A model generated the notes under the pieces. The model saw nothing but the letters and a program-made list of their open reading frames with translations. It was not told the DNA's origin and did no database searches. A DNA stretch of 63,635 nt, counting the filler, from Collodictyon triciliatum (taxonomy: Eukaryota), in assembly GCA_043381765.1 (NCBI GenBank). It is 5 parts of 5 records of this genome, joined end to end, with 100 filler letters (N's around TTAATTAATTAA, not from the genome) between each part and the next. Parts side by side here need not be neighbours in the genome. Positions count along the whole stretch, not along the records: positions 32,235 to 46,771 come from JBHJMP010001804.1; positions 46,872 to 58,540 come from JBHJMP010001805.1; 3 more parts are not named here. The stretch is one strand, 5' to 3'. Below are positions 42,201 to 55,276 of this stretch, piece by piece; position 1 is the first letter of the stretch; the number at the start of each line of letters is the position of its first letter. The position numbers and the translations under genes were made by a program.

Positions 42201-42351
42201 GAGGATTGCGCTCGAGTAGTTGCGTGCACTTTTCGACGCAGGGATCGAACCGACGGCGACGATAAAGACTAACGGCATAGAAGACAGGATCCATGACATT
42301 GGGACGTCCTTTCGGCCCATCTGCGCCGCTTGGAGAAGAAGGGATGTCCAT
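39239..42351 (-). CDS. TTC8: Tetratricopeptide repeat protein 8 / Bardet-Biedl syndrome 8 (BBSome subunit)
   Basis: MDPVFYAVSLYRRRRF, PRPGTSL, RPVSASGRPLSGYARPGT, RFVRLGTASM, DWWWKARLGKCYYKLG, NHFYTDQPELALRFYRRLLQMG, HAESFNNLGVLE. Confidence 0.97.
40749..40939 (-). other. U12-type (minor spliceosome) AT-AC intron in TTC8
   Basis: Donor ATATCCTTTT, branch TCTTTAACC 8 nt before the terminal AC; removal restores ...AQSD-FKDWWWK in frame. Confidence 0.9.
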
Positions 42352-42956
42352 CGGCCTTTACACCTGGCTCTCTCTCTCTCTCTCTCTCTCTCTTCCGCCC
42401 TTGAGAGGATTCCACAGCAAAAGGCAGGTTTAAGCAAGCATGCATCCATCAAAGAAACACCACGCAGAGGGAGAATAGCATAGGTGAAAGGCATAGTTGT
42501 GCTATTTTTCCTTGGGCTGCGCGAGTTCACTCTCTCTCAAGCAACAGACTGGGTTTGGAAAGCAGCCAGTTGATTGCTCCGCCATAATGCGAGTTGGAGA
42601 GGCGTGTGATTCAAAAAAGTGTTTTGTTGGGGCAGCTCAAAGACCTGAACTTTCTTCGTGGAATCAGTCCAGAATTATACAACGTTTATTTATATGTGGA
42701 AAATATAATATTAATTATATATTGTGCACAAAATGCAGAATTTAGACTTTAAAAATCTATTAAATATGCATCTATATACTTTCCTATCATAATGCATACC
42801 CATCTGCGAGTTGCGGTGCTGTGACTTAAACCTATGGGGCTGTCATACGGAATTCATATTCTTCTGCAGATGAAGCACTCCATTTAACCAACCTCGTTTC
42901 CCTTTATTTTGTTTGCTGACAAAGGCCATCAGGAAAGTCGTGCATCTGTGAAGGAA

Positions 42957-45900
42957 ATGTCGATAAGGCCAAGTCTTCCAAGCCTCCCGCCTCTCAAAAT
43001 CACCTCAGAGACTTCAGAGGTCTGTTATTTTTCGCACTATATTGGCGATCTGCGGCAACGTTCTCTTGGTGCCTGTTTTGCTTATCTTTTTTCTTTTTTT
43101 TCTTCTTCTTTTTGAATATGATTGAGTTGGTGCTCTGTTCACCACCAGCACCTAGAGCTCCCAGAAATGCACTTTCCATACGTTCTTTTAAATGACCCTA
43201 TAATATTCTTTCTTTCTTTGTTTTTTTTTCTTCATATAATTAAATATATAATATCCAGCCACATTTTTTAAAACCCCACACCGGTATTTTTTTTTTCGTT
43301 GCAGGATCGAAGCAAGGATCATGAAAACAGCCCAAAGCTCCAAAACCCTGACACAATATACGCAACATCAAGCGCGACTATGGAGCCGAAAGAAAGGAAG
43401 AAAGGAATCTGGTCCAAGAAGAAAAAGAAGGGAAAAGCAGCCGACGACTTCAATTCTGTTCCAAAGAGCTTTTCTTCAGAGAAGGAAGAATCAAGCACGG
43501 TTGATATTTACATTTATTTGAAAATTCGTTGGAGAATGGGAATATTCATCTACATTCAAAGCATAAAGAACAAAAGCGCATCATAATAATAATTTTGAAT
43601 AAACATAGAGCTTTAATAGAGATATAATTCAACCAGACAACCGATAACTTCAGTGATATAAGTGAGGCCGAAAAGATGAAATTTAAGGAGAAGAAGAAAC
43701 ATTTCTGGTCGAAAAAGAGCAAGTCAGTGAAAGATGAGACGAATCCAGACTCGTGCCATAAAGATGATGTCTCTGAAACTCCAAAAGGACTTTATATACC
43801 ACCAAGTGACACCGACGGAAGTTTTGCTCCATCTAGTCCAGTAGAATCTTCACTGAAGCATACTCAAAGCGATGTAGATTATCCTGTCTGTATAAATCCT
43901 TTCCAATTTCATAAATGATGTACGTTCATTTTTCTTTCAAAATATCGTGTATTAATCTGATATAGACGACTAAACAAGTTTTCATCTTAGGAGACGAGTT
44001 CCTCGATTTCTCCAAAGGACCCAAAAAGTAAATTCTGGAGAAAATTACAGAAAAAGAAGAAATTATCTGGTATGATTACATAATACCTTCTTTTCTGGGG
44101 ATACTCAAAGAACCTTATGTTGACCAGTGTAATTTTTTTCAAAGCGACGCTTGATTATTACCTAGAAGATTGATTAACCTTATCCAATACACCACATTCG
44201 TATATAGTGGAGATAGGTGCGCCTTTTAATGTGGTACATCAGTCCCACGTTGACTTCGAATACAACTGGACTTTACATGACCCTAATAAAACATTCGAAT
44301 TGCTCGATCTGCTTGGCACTGGGTAGAGCTTCATTTTTAAACTTTAAAAACCAATCATTAAAAAGAGTTAATCTATCAAATATTTAACCGAAACTCATTG
44401 CCAATTCATACATTGAAACAGAACATTTGGTTCAGTCTACAAAGCAAGACACAGGGAGTCTGGTTTCATATTAGCCGTAAAGTTAATTAAAACTAATGAT
44501 GCAGCTGAGTAAGTAGCAATTTTCATTCATGTCATTACATTTTAAGAGTACCACTACTGCTAATTTTTTTAAAAAGAAAATGTAGGGCATATGTACTGTT
44601 CTTCTTTCGTATTTCCTTTCAATATCTTGGTTCCCATCCAGGTTTGAAGAAGTCATCAAAGAGGTTGAGATTCTAAGGAAATTGAAGCACCCTAATACAG
44701 TATCATATTACGGCTGCTGCGCTGTGAGCAAAAAAGAACTATGGGTAATTTATACTTTATACATTCACTATGGAAAGAAGTTACTATGCTTGATTCCTCG
44801 ATTTACTTGAATGACTTTGTCATAACCGAATATGCCATATTATGTGCTATGTCACCATGGCAAACCAGTTCTTTCTCTTGTTCAGATTATGATCGAGTAC
44901 TGCGATGTCGGTTCGGCTAGAGATTTTCTGGAATTATGGCCAGGTAACGTGTACTACAGAGAAAACTAATACAATTGAGCTTAAGTATAAATCGATCATG
45001 TTGACCTGTTCGTCAATATAACTGGATTTTTTTTTTTCAAAGATGAAACTTCAAATGAGACAATTTGTAAAGACGGAACTGTATATAATTCATACACCAC
45101 GTAGATACATTATCTGAACAGCAGATAGCGACTATTCTGTCCCATACTCTGCAAGGACTGGCATACTTGCACGAAAATAGGATTGCACACAGTTAGAAAG
45201 TTATTTCCACCAATATTTAATATTCACTTTCATGTAGTTCATCACCATGACAGGAATTTTTATTACAATTTTTTCTTGAACATTACAAGGGGATATAAAA
45301 GCCGCAAATGTGCTCCTGAATTCATCTGGACAAAGTAAATTAGGTAATTAAATTCAAAATGGCAAGAAAATATGTTTAAAAATCATATATGAGTTTTCAA
45401 AAGATATAATACCATTCTCTTCATCGCCATGTGAAGAAAAAGAAGAAAAAGAAGAAAAAGAAGAAAAAGAAGAAAAAGAAGAGGGGAAGAGGAAGGAAGA
45501 GAAAGATATGAAGCTCATTATACTTTTTTATTAAAAAATTAACCTTTCTACAGCTGATTTTGGCGTCGCTGGGCAACTTTCTAAATCCTTAGGCAAGGTA
45601 ACTCTGAGAGCTACATATTGAATAGTTTTGCCTGTCTGTAATCAGCAAATTATACATATTTTAATATATATCTAGTTGAACGACTTTGTGGGAACCGTTC
45701 TTTTTATGGCACCAGAGATATTCCAAGAGCGAGCTGGCTATGACCTTTCAGTAGCATTCTTGTCTATTACATCTTTATCAAACATGATTTATCCTATGTC
45801 TAATAATAAGGCATATGTTTAGTGAGAATATGAGCGTCAGATTTATCAGTATGTGTCTCTTTCTTATACTTTGTTCTTACCTTTTCTACAGGCAGACATA

Positions 45901-46771
45901 TGGTCTTTGGGTATAATGTCAATAGAACTGGCCGAACGGGGCGAGGTTCCTTATTGTAACGACCGGGTTATGACCGTAAGTTGACATAACATAGTCATTC
46001 TGTTGAAAATTATATATATATGGGGTTTTACTTATTTTTCTGAACATATTGCGATTTTACTCATGTGACTCAGGCGATGCAAAAGATTGCAAGCAACCCG
46101 CCACCAAGCTTGACAGACACGATGAAGTGGTCTCCTCAATTCCGTGATTTTGTTGGACTTTGCTTGCAAAAGTATGAAACTTTGAGAGTAAAATTATATC
46201 TCTAGCTTTTTGAGATATGCTTAGATTTTAATCGAGACTGTCTTTAATTTTTCTTCTCTTCCAAAATTTCATTTGCCTAAGGATAATAGTCGAAACCTGC
46301 CAACTTGCATAAATTGAAAATATTTAGTATTTTTTTTTTATCAAATAACATGTGTGGAATCTCTTTGAATCGAATAAAGGAAAAAAAAAAAACAAGTGTG
46401 GAATCTCTTAAAGCTGCTCATCCTATTATCACTACAACACACAGAGACCCATCCCGACGTCCAAAAGCTAAGATGCTTTTGAAACACCCATTTATCCTGA
46501 GCCATCGATCTGATATATTAAGAGAATGCATACTTTCTGACGATGAATCGCAGAAGGTAAGCATGCAACTACTTTAAGAATAGAGATAAACACAAAAAAT
46601 TACGATAAAGGTTTTTTTTTTAAAAAATAAATCAAACAAGAGCTATCAATGCTGTGCAGCTTTTAGTATGCCGCATGGAAGCCTTTTAATTATTCTGCAT
46701 TTTCATCATTTAGTTACCGACAATACCTCGAGTTGCATCCAAATCTCCAAGAAGAGCACAAAAGAATTCGG
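42957..46771 (+). CDS. STE20-family Ser/Thr kinase with CRIB-like motif directly before the kinase domain; 3' end cut by gap
   Basis: EIGAPFNVVHQSHVDF, LGTGTFGSVYKA, AVKLI, HRDIKAANVLL, ADFGVAGQL, GTVLFMAPE, ADIWSLGIMSIELAE. Confidence 0.92.
46352..46409 (+). mobile_element. Short poly(A)-tailed insertion with 14-nt TSD (copy 2), in a kinase intron
   Basis: GTGTGGAATCTCTT at 46352-46365 and 46396-46409 flanks TGAATCGAATAAAGG-A12-CAA. Confidence 0.75.
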
Positions 46772-46871
46772 NNNNNNNNNNNNNNNNNNNNNNNNNNNNN
46801 NNNNNNNNNNNNNNNTTAATTAATTAANNNNNNNNNNNNNNNNNNNNNNNNNNNNNNNNNNNNNNNNNNNN
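46772..46871. other. 100-nt scaffold linker
   Basis: N-TTAATTAATTAA-N. Confidence 0.95.
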
Positions 46872-47083
46872 AAAAAAAAAAAAAAAACAAAAAACAAAAA
46901 ACAAAAAACAAAAAACAAAAAACAAAAAACAAAAAACAAAAAAAACAAAAAGACAAAAAGACAAAAAGACAAAAAGACAAAAAGACAAAAAAACAAAAAA
47001 ACAAAAAAACAAAAAAACAAAAAAACAAAAAAACAAAAAAACAAAAAACAAAAAAACAAAAAAACAAAAAAACAAAAAAACAG

Positions 47084-49470
47084 GACCACGACGCCCCCCA
47101 GAAGCAAGCAGCAGCAGGAAGGCCCATTCCAATGCAGCCACAGCCAAGACCAGGGGCGCAGTTTGCCGGAGGCGCTCCGCTGGTGGTAGGGGGCCACTTT
47201 GCAGGGAGTCCCACCGGGGTGTTTGCGCCGCAGCTGCTTCTGAATCCCGCGTGGGGAGGGCAGCCTCGCCTGGACACCCGTGTCTTTGCGCTGCAGGCGA
47301 CGCACGCACAGGGCCAGCCATCCGGTCAAGTGCCACACACCTACGCCGCAGGCATTCCGCACGGGAGGCCCGAGACGCACTTGCCGCCATTCCACCCCAT
47401 GTCCGGCGTCTCTACGATGGGCTTTGCAGATAACCCTCGTGCCTGGATGAACGACCTGGTGGGCTGCCCACCCGCCTTCATTTCCTTCTTCTTGTTTTCA
47501 CGGTTGATGATGCTTTTGTTTTTCTGTGGATTTATTTCATTTCTTTTTCGATAGTGTATCTGGGTCATATTGATTAATCGACATTTTTATCTATCCATTC
47601 ATCTATTGTTGTGAGTAGAGTAAGCTCATGCTTCTGTATCATATCATGATGTTTAATTTTATTTAATTGATTATTTATTCTTTCTCGATTCTTTAATTGT
47701 CCAATTTTTATTTTTAATGAAATTATTTTGATTGTTTTATATCGATTGATTTTGACTCTTTGATTGATTCAGGATTACTCTCGCCCCGAGAGGTATGACT
47801 CTCAGAGGAACTCGCCACCGCACCGACGCAGCCGTGATGGATTTTCGCGCGACTATCCAAAGGACGGCCACCGAGACTACCGCCGCGACCGCGACCACGA
47901 AAGGGATCGAAGCAGGGAAAGAGCCCGACAAAGAGACAAAGAAAGAGACAGAGAGAAAGAGCGGGATAGAGATAAGGACAAAGAAAAAGACAGACACACT
48001 CGAGGAACCCCGCGCAAGGCAACCAAGTTGTTGTCTGCATCTAAATCGAATGCATCCGTGGAAGATGCCCAGCAAGAGCTCGTAGAGTCTAAAGACAGAG
48101 CTACACATTCTGACTCTGCCTCCTTGGACCGAGTCGAAAATGCACTGTCAACGCCAAGTGAGGGCTTGTTGGAATCAAAAGACACTGAAAAAATGGTTGC
48201 TGCGACTGATGGTTTGACGATGTTGTTCATTTAAATGTGTATTCTTGCCTTTGAATCGAATAAAGGAATTTTTTTGTATTCTTGCGAAATACCATGAGTG
48301 ACTCATTCCAATAAAGTTCGTAGATAACACACCTATAGGCGAAGATGAACCAACACATTATCATAATTTGTTTTTCACACCCGTTACAGATTGCCAGGGC
48401 TCCTTGCTGGGCCGTGACCAGGAATCCTACCACCATGAGCAAATCGAAGTGCCTGCTGAATCTACAACGATTAGCCATAATAGCATGAATGAAGAAGCAA
48501 CTTTCTCCCAGTCAAGCACAGTACTGCAAAAACTAGACGAAAGACTCCCGCATCACGAGGGTATGAAGCACAATCTGACTCAAAAACTCACCTGTGGTGT
48601 ATTTAATAAGATAGATATTCATCCATGTATTCCAAATGGTACAGCGATGCTGACATCATTTATTTATTTAGACGGCAATAAGTGCACAATAACAGGGAAA
48701 TCTACAATAAAGGTATTCTTGGTGTTGCGTGGGGGATTTATTCCTCCCTCTTCTAACTTATTTTAAGTGTTTAGATTGATAAAAGTGATGGTGTATTTTT
48801 GAAATTACCTGTTCACATCATTATATAAAATTTTATATTTTCATAATAACATACTTACGTACCAATCATATATTAGCAGGATTTATCTTCGAAAGAGTCT
48901 CAACAAATCTCACCCAAAGTTTCTGGCAAATCCGGTGTCCAGCAAGAAGGGAAAACAGCTGGTCTGGGGTTATCAGAGAGTCCAAGTCAAAAAACCCAGC
49001 TGTCAATTCCAACTCTGAGTCAATTGAGCTCTTACGATATGGGTGAACTTCAAAGCATGTATGAACAGGCGAGACAACGACAAGAATCCATGGAGGCGGA
49101 GTTCTTTCGATTAAGACAAAATCTGCTAGAGTCGTGCGTCATCAAGGAGGAGCTGCAAAGAACTGCCGACACTATTCGAACTCAGTTACAACAGTTTAAG
49201 GAAAAGATCATCGAGAAACAAGAGCATAAGAAATCGCTCGAGCAGAAGCTTATTCCTCTGGAACTGGAGCTGGAAAAAATCAGAAGAGCTGTCATTGAGA
49301 AGAAAATAGAATCGACGCATTACCAACTAGCGGAGCTGCTTTCCCAACAGGAGAACGAGCAATACCAACAGCACGAATCCACCATCTCAATCACACTCGC
49401 CCCAACACCAGCACGAAATGCAGAGTTATCCACGCGCCATATTCCTTCGACCATAAACCCGACGAATTAA
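47084..49470 (+). CDS. Partial hypothetical protein: Pro/Gly-rich segment, Arg/Asp/Glu-rich segment, C-terminal coiled coil
   Basis: Exons with GT-AG borders (~47084-47458, 47773-48211, 48390-48560, 48878-49470); RDRDHERDRSRER repeats; heptad-rich last exon. Confidence 0.6.
48238..48285 (+). mobile_element. Short insertion with 11-nt TSD (copy 3), intronic
   Basis: TGTATTCTTGC at 48238-48248 and 48275-48285 flanks CTTTGAATCGAATAAAGGAATTTTTT. Confidence 0.7.
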
Positions 49471-50177
49471 TAGGGAAAAATGTATCGATGCACGGAATAT
49501 GTTTATCTTGATGGCTTTTTTTTTTTTTGTTTGTTTGTTTGTTTTTTGCGTGGACTGTTCAGCTTTGCTCAAAGACTATCATTATTAGTACTTTGTTTTT
49601 TTTTTTATGTCATATATGATGATATTCGTTTATTGCTGTGTATATATTTCATTCCATAAGCTTCATGGGGTTGCCTTGCGAGGCTGGCTGGGACTGTGGC
49701 AATTCTAGTGCACTGATATGACTGATTGCGTAAATAGAAGATTTGAGTATGCAGGTTCGAACAGAAACCCCAAACCGCTCTCTGATACTAAAAATATATC
49801 TCCAGAAAAGTCTATTCTAATGAACAGAAATAAATATGGAATATATAAGTATATCCATACAAAATTGTAAATTATCCTTTAATGCTTTATGCATGCATAA
49901 ATTTACTACACATATGTATTTTTGTATAATAATAAATGGCTGAATTCACGACTGAACAAATGGCAACAGCGCTTTGGCAAGTTTGGTAATCACTGCGAGT
50001 TGATTCTGCTCGATAGACATCCCAAGCAGAGACACAGCGAAGCGCAGAAAAGGATCACAAGACTTTGGCGGCGGCAGGAGCGAAGAACCAGCGAGGAGGA
50101 GAGACCAGGCAAACGCACGTGGCAAAAAAGAGACAAAAGCGATAAGAGCGGCTCTACTTCCTTTGCTCTTCCTTTGA

Positions 50178-53100
50178 ATGGAGCGGGAGTTGGCGCAAGC
50201 GGCAGAGATCATCAAAGGTAACCGCAGATTCTTTCTATTCTCTCTTTTTTGTTTTCTCTTTTTATTCTTTCTATTCTCTCTTTTCTTTTCCCTTTTTTTT
50301 TTCAATTCAAGCAATTATTCGACAGCTTTAATGCCTCTCATATACGCGAACTGCAGACCGATTCTTCTTTGTGTCACTCCGCGTAACACCGAGAGACAAT
50401 GAACGTGCTCTGTTTTTTTCCGTGGATAATGAGCTTGTCTATCTTCATTTCTTCAATGACTTTGGGCCACTCAACATGGGTCAACTGTACCGTTTTTGCA
50501 ACACCCTCAAAGCCAAGTTATCGGTAAGTTTCTCTTTTCTTTTCTTTTCTTTTCTTTTCTATTGAGCATATCGGTATAAAATATTTCTCATGTTTTTTTT
50601 TTTGCTATTGTTTCTTTACTGCGAGATGACCCAAACGATTGAGCAAAATTAACAATATGAGAGTCACGTCTTTGATCGAAAATACTGCCTCTGATATACG
50701 ATGGGACATTATGGATAAACTTGATTCTAGGATTCGAGAAGCCGCATCGTCTATATGTACTCGAGCTTTGATGCACACAAGCGCGCAAATGCTGCGTTCC
50801 TAATTGGGGGCTATCTTGTAATTATGAATGCAAACAAAAAAGCATCCCCATGCCATATTAAATAGTCTTATATGTTGTGTTCATGTTTGTTTTCTAAGGA
50901 ATTTTGATACTGGTAAAGCCTGTCTCAGACTATTTTTCTCATACGCTCCATGGAAACATCTACAGATAATGATGATGGACTATTCCCCTGAGGATGCGTT
51001 TCGACCTTTGGCCAACATCCACCCAAACTTCACTCCCTTTCGAGATGCATCGTATGGTGCCTCAACATTCCCTCTTACACTTATCGAGTGCTTCAGGGGA
51101 CTGCACAAAGGCAAGATATTGAAATGGGTGGACTTTTCGCTTTTCAACATAACAGAGTGAGTATTTTGCTTCTGGTGGATTTTAAAAGTGGACTGCAAAT
51201 ATATACCAACACTCAGTTTTCATGTCAGCTAAGAAAAGAAAAAGAGAAATTGTTGCAATATCATGAATTGGAAAATTATTTCAATTGTCATGTATTAATA
51301 AATGAACCTCTTTAAGATTACCACACATTTATTAGCTGTCAGTCTTTTTATTTTCAATTATATTTAATCCCTTTTTTTTTTTCCCACCGCCATTCATTAT
51401 CAACCGCATCGGATTTTTAGATATGAGTATTTTGAACGAGTTGAAAATGGAGATATGAATTGGATAGTCCCAGGAAAGTTTCTAGCATTTAGCGGACCGC
51501 ATGCAGTCTCAGTCGAAGAAAATGGTTTCCGGACTCTCACGCCTGGTTCGTATTTTACTCAATATTGATGGGATATTTTAGAAGATTTTTATCTTCCCTC
51601 TCCCAAAACGAAAATCATCTTAACTAAATGATAATGACAAAGTCTTCCATTCGACCCCATCAACAAAACGACAATTTAGATTACTATATCCCACACTTCC
51701 GGAAAATGGGTATTGCTGCTGTGGTTCGATTAAACAAAAAAATTTACGACAGGCGTAAATTTACAGATGCAGGTCTGACCTCGACATAATAAAGCTAATT
51801 GTTCTCTAATTAATATATATTTTTAATATTTCCAGAATTGTATATTGAGACTGCTTAAATGTGTTTCGAATTTAATATTGTTATGGAATCTAGGTATAAA
51901 ACACCATGAATTATACTTCACTGATGGAAGTGCTCCTAGTGATGCAATTGTTAGAAAGTTTTTGGATATTGCAGAGGGAGAACCAGGTTTTTTATATCTT
52001 TTTTCTATTTCTACTTTTACTTTTACTTTTACTTTTACTTTTACTTTTACTTTTACTTTTACTTTTACTTCTACTTGAACTTCTACTTGAACTTCTACTT
52101 GTACTTCTACTTGTACTTCTACTTGTACTTCTACTTGTACTTCTATTTCTATTTCTATTTCTACTTCTACTTGTACTTGTACTTGTACTTGTACTTCTTT
52201 TTCTTTTTCTATTTCTATTTCTATTTCTATTTCTATTTCTATTTCTATTTCTATTTCTATTTCTATTTCTATTTCTATTTCTATTTCTATTTCTTTTTCT
52301 TTTTCTATTTTTCTAAATAATTCAAAAAAGGACACCGTTATTTATTGATACGCGCTTATATGCCCTGATAATCCGTGTATAACATACAATCAACATTTCT
52401 AGGAGCGATTGCCGTACATTGCAAGGCAGGACTGGGTAGAACAGGAACGCTGATTGCATGTTATATGATGAAGCACTATCGATTCACCGCTACGGTTCGT
52501 TTATGATGAATGCCTAAAAGTTATAATATAATGTTAAGGAAGAGAAGAAATCATGTGAAAATTTCATGAGGAGCATTTTCAAAAATAAAGTAAAAATAAA
52601 TTACTCTATGAATACAAATAAAGGAAGCTATAGCTTGGATTCGAATATGCCGACCAGGAAGCGTTATTGGTCCCCAGCAACATATACTGATAGAGTAGAT
52701 TATTAAACACTTCAATAATGAGCTTGTTTCTGTCACAGAGGAAAACGAATACTCAAATATAATCAGATATCCTTTTCTCACCCTCAGCGCTATACTCTAG
52801 TTGATATATTCAAAATTTTTTTTTTTAAAAAAACTCACCTTTAATATATCACAGATACCAGCCGAGGCTGTGGAAGCAAGGTTCTCAAATAATTTACCTT
52901 AATGTATAACCTCCATGTGTTCTAAAACTGTACATACAAACTAATCTACTAAAATGAATCCTCGTTAGGGGAGACTACCCAGAGGCCAACTGCAAACTTG
53001 CAGTCAAGTTCTGTCTCTAATACACAAGGAGTAGTTGCTTTACAAGGTTTTAATTGTTTGGACTTTTTATAAAAAAAATCTGCTGTCTTCTCTTGTCACT

Positions 53101-54699
53101 TTATTGTCCTTATATTACCATTTTCATTTTCATTTTCATTATGATTGTTTATATTCGTATTCATATTTTCATTATCATTGTTTATATTCGTATTCATATT
53201 ATCACTATTATTCTAGTTCTTGTTATTTTGTATTTTCACTTGCTTCCTTTCCCACACGTATTATTCTGACAGTGATGCATAACCACAATCAGCCTCATTT
53301 TCACCAATATAATCGCATAAAGGTGTTCTTTGTATTAACACTTTCATAATTCCTTCTTTTCTTCTTTTTGGTTCGAAAGAAACTGAAGGGGATATCCGCA
53401 CTTTAAGCTCTGGCATGAAGGTGAGTATTGTAGTCGATATCTATTAGATAAAAAAGTGTTAAGTGAAATCCTAATACATACGACAAAGAACCCTAACATT
53501 ATTTGAATCTGTATTTGCGTTTATTTTATTTTTTCCTCAGCGCCTTTCCATCGATTCTCGAACAACGGGTCCAACTTACATATCTAAAGTGAGTGATAAC
53601 GCCTATGTTCATTGGTTGTTTTTTTTTTTTTTTTGAAGAATTATAGTACATATTTTATTCTGATTTTTATCGTCGGTGATTGAATCAGACACGAACCCCT
53701 TCATCGGCCACATCCCGACCTAGCCCCCATTCGTCTGGTATTCAAAATTAGAATTTACATTAAATACATGCAGTGCCTTATCGCACACAAATATTTTTCA
53801 AAAAAGTTATTAAAGTGAATTTGGTGCCAAAATGACGAGTATATTCTGTGTAGGCCCTATTTCGCCCATCCGTTCGTCTCTTGGGTGAGTTTGATGAAGG
53901 GTTCAGGATTACAGAAAGTGTATGAAATATCAATGCTGTTACCTAACCTGATTTTTTTTTTTTGTCATTAGAGGTAGAGATATGTCTGCCTTACAGTATT
54001 ATTCCAGCGCCCAAAAGTATATAAATGTGTTATTATCATACTCACACTCACGCATTTCGTTCCTCCTTTTGAATCTGTGACAAAATTTTAAAACAATTTG
54101 ATTCTGCTTCTTAACTCCTCGTGGGAGATATCTGCATTTTTTTTTTGGTTTGAGATTAAGAACTAAATCTGCCCTCATTGTCATATTCTCCTTCTCCTTG
54201 GCTGTTTTCAGTTCGGCATACCCTCCATCATCACACTCCCCTCTGTCATATTCTCCTGCCTCTCCATCTGGATTTGGGTGCGTCTCTTATCATTGTCCCA
54301 AACCCATTATGGTTTTCCTAAACATCTGTATTTTAAATCACGCGTGCACCTTATGTGTCCTTTGAAATCCTCACAAGCATGATATACCCAGGAGTGGCCC
54401 TTCATATGGGCGTGCTTCTGTTCGCACAACCAGCGTATCGCTCGATGGCCCACCGAAGCCACGCAGCAGGTTTTAAAATAGACCCACATAAGATATAAAG
54501 CTACCTGCCTTGATGCAAAATATTATTGGTTGTAATGAAATAAAGAAAAGAAAGCCAACAATATATTTTTGTTGTGTTTGTTTTTTCTTTTTGTAAAATA
54601 AATCCGATACATAAGCATTTACAGGCATGTAAAAAGTCTTTAAATTCCTGTAGTAGTGCCGTTTCAGCAAGACCACGGCATGGCACTGCTTTTATGTGA
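50178..54699 (+). CDS. CDC14: Cdc14 dual-specificity phosphatase
   Basis: [77 protein letters not shown]; Ser/Pro-rich tail exons to TGA 54697-54699. Confidence 0.95.
52004..52313 (+). repeat. Compound hexamer microsatellite (TTTTAC/TTCTAC/TTGTAC/TTCTAT), intronic
   Basis: Blocks of related hexamers in a Cdc14 intron. Confidence 0.9.
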
Positions 54700-55276
54700 C
54701 AAGTATTGTTCCTTTTAAGGATTTTATTAGTTCTGGTTGAGTACATCAAACACAGTCGTGGTTATCAGCTTCCGAGCATACGGATCCACTATTCCCTTTC
54801 CTTTCATTTATCTTCTATTTTGTGTGAGTCTGCAATCATCTAGATGTCCCTATCCCTGAAATTCGTGTCTTTGTTGAGTTGACAAATATATTCACTTAAG
54901 TCACTAAGACGAGAGAAAAAAGGGACTAGAATCATCGTGGGCAAACCTCCAATTTTCGAAGCTTTTTTCATTTTTCTCTGCCAAAAGGCACAAATTGTCT
55001 AAGCTGCTGTGACATTTGTGAAACCCTACATCGAATGATATGATGTTGTGCTGTATTTCATCTTTTGATTTTCTTTCCCATATGACTGTCATGTGTTGAA
55101 TCAAGTTCGTTTTTATATATTTTGGATAAACCGCTCATCAAACAATAAACACGGAGCCAAACAAGCAAAGCGTTGAAGATTAGTTCCTCCCTTTCGCAGC
55201 TTTCGACTTTTACGTGGTTTTATGTTGTATGGATGTTGTCAATTCCATTCTTTTTGGAGCACACTTTTTGGTGCTG

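Noticed and set aside
49735-49775. GGTTCGAA T-loop-like motif
   Set aside because: No cloverleaf or acceptor stem can be formed; no tRNA called.
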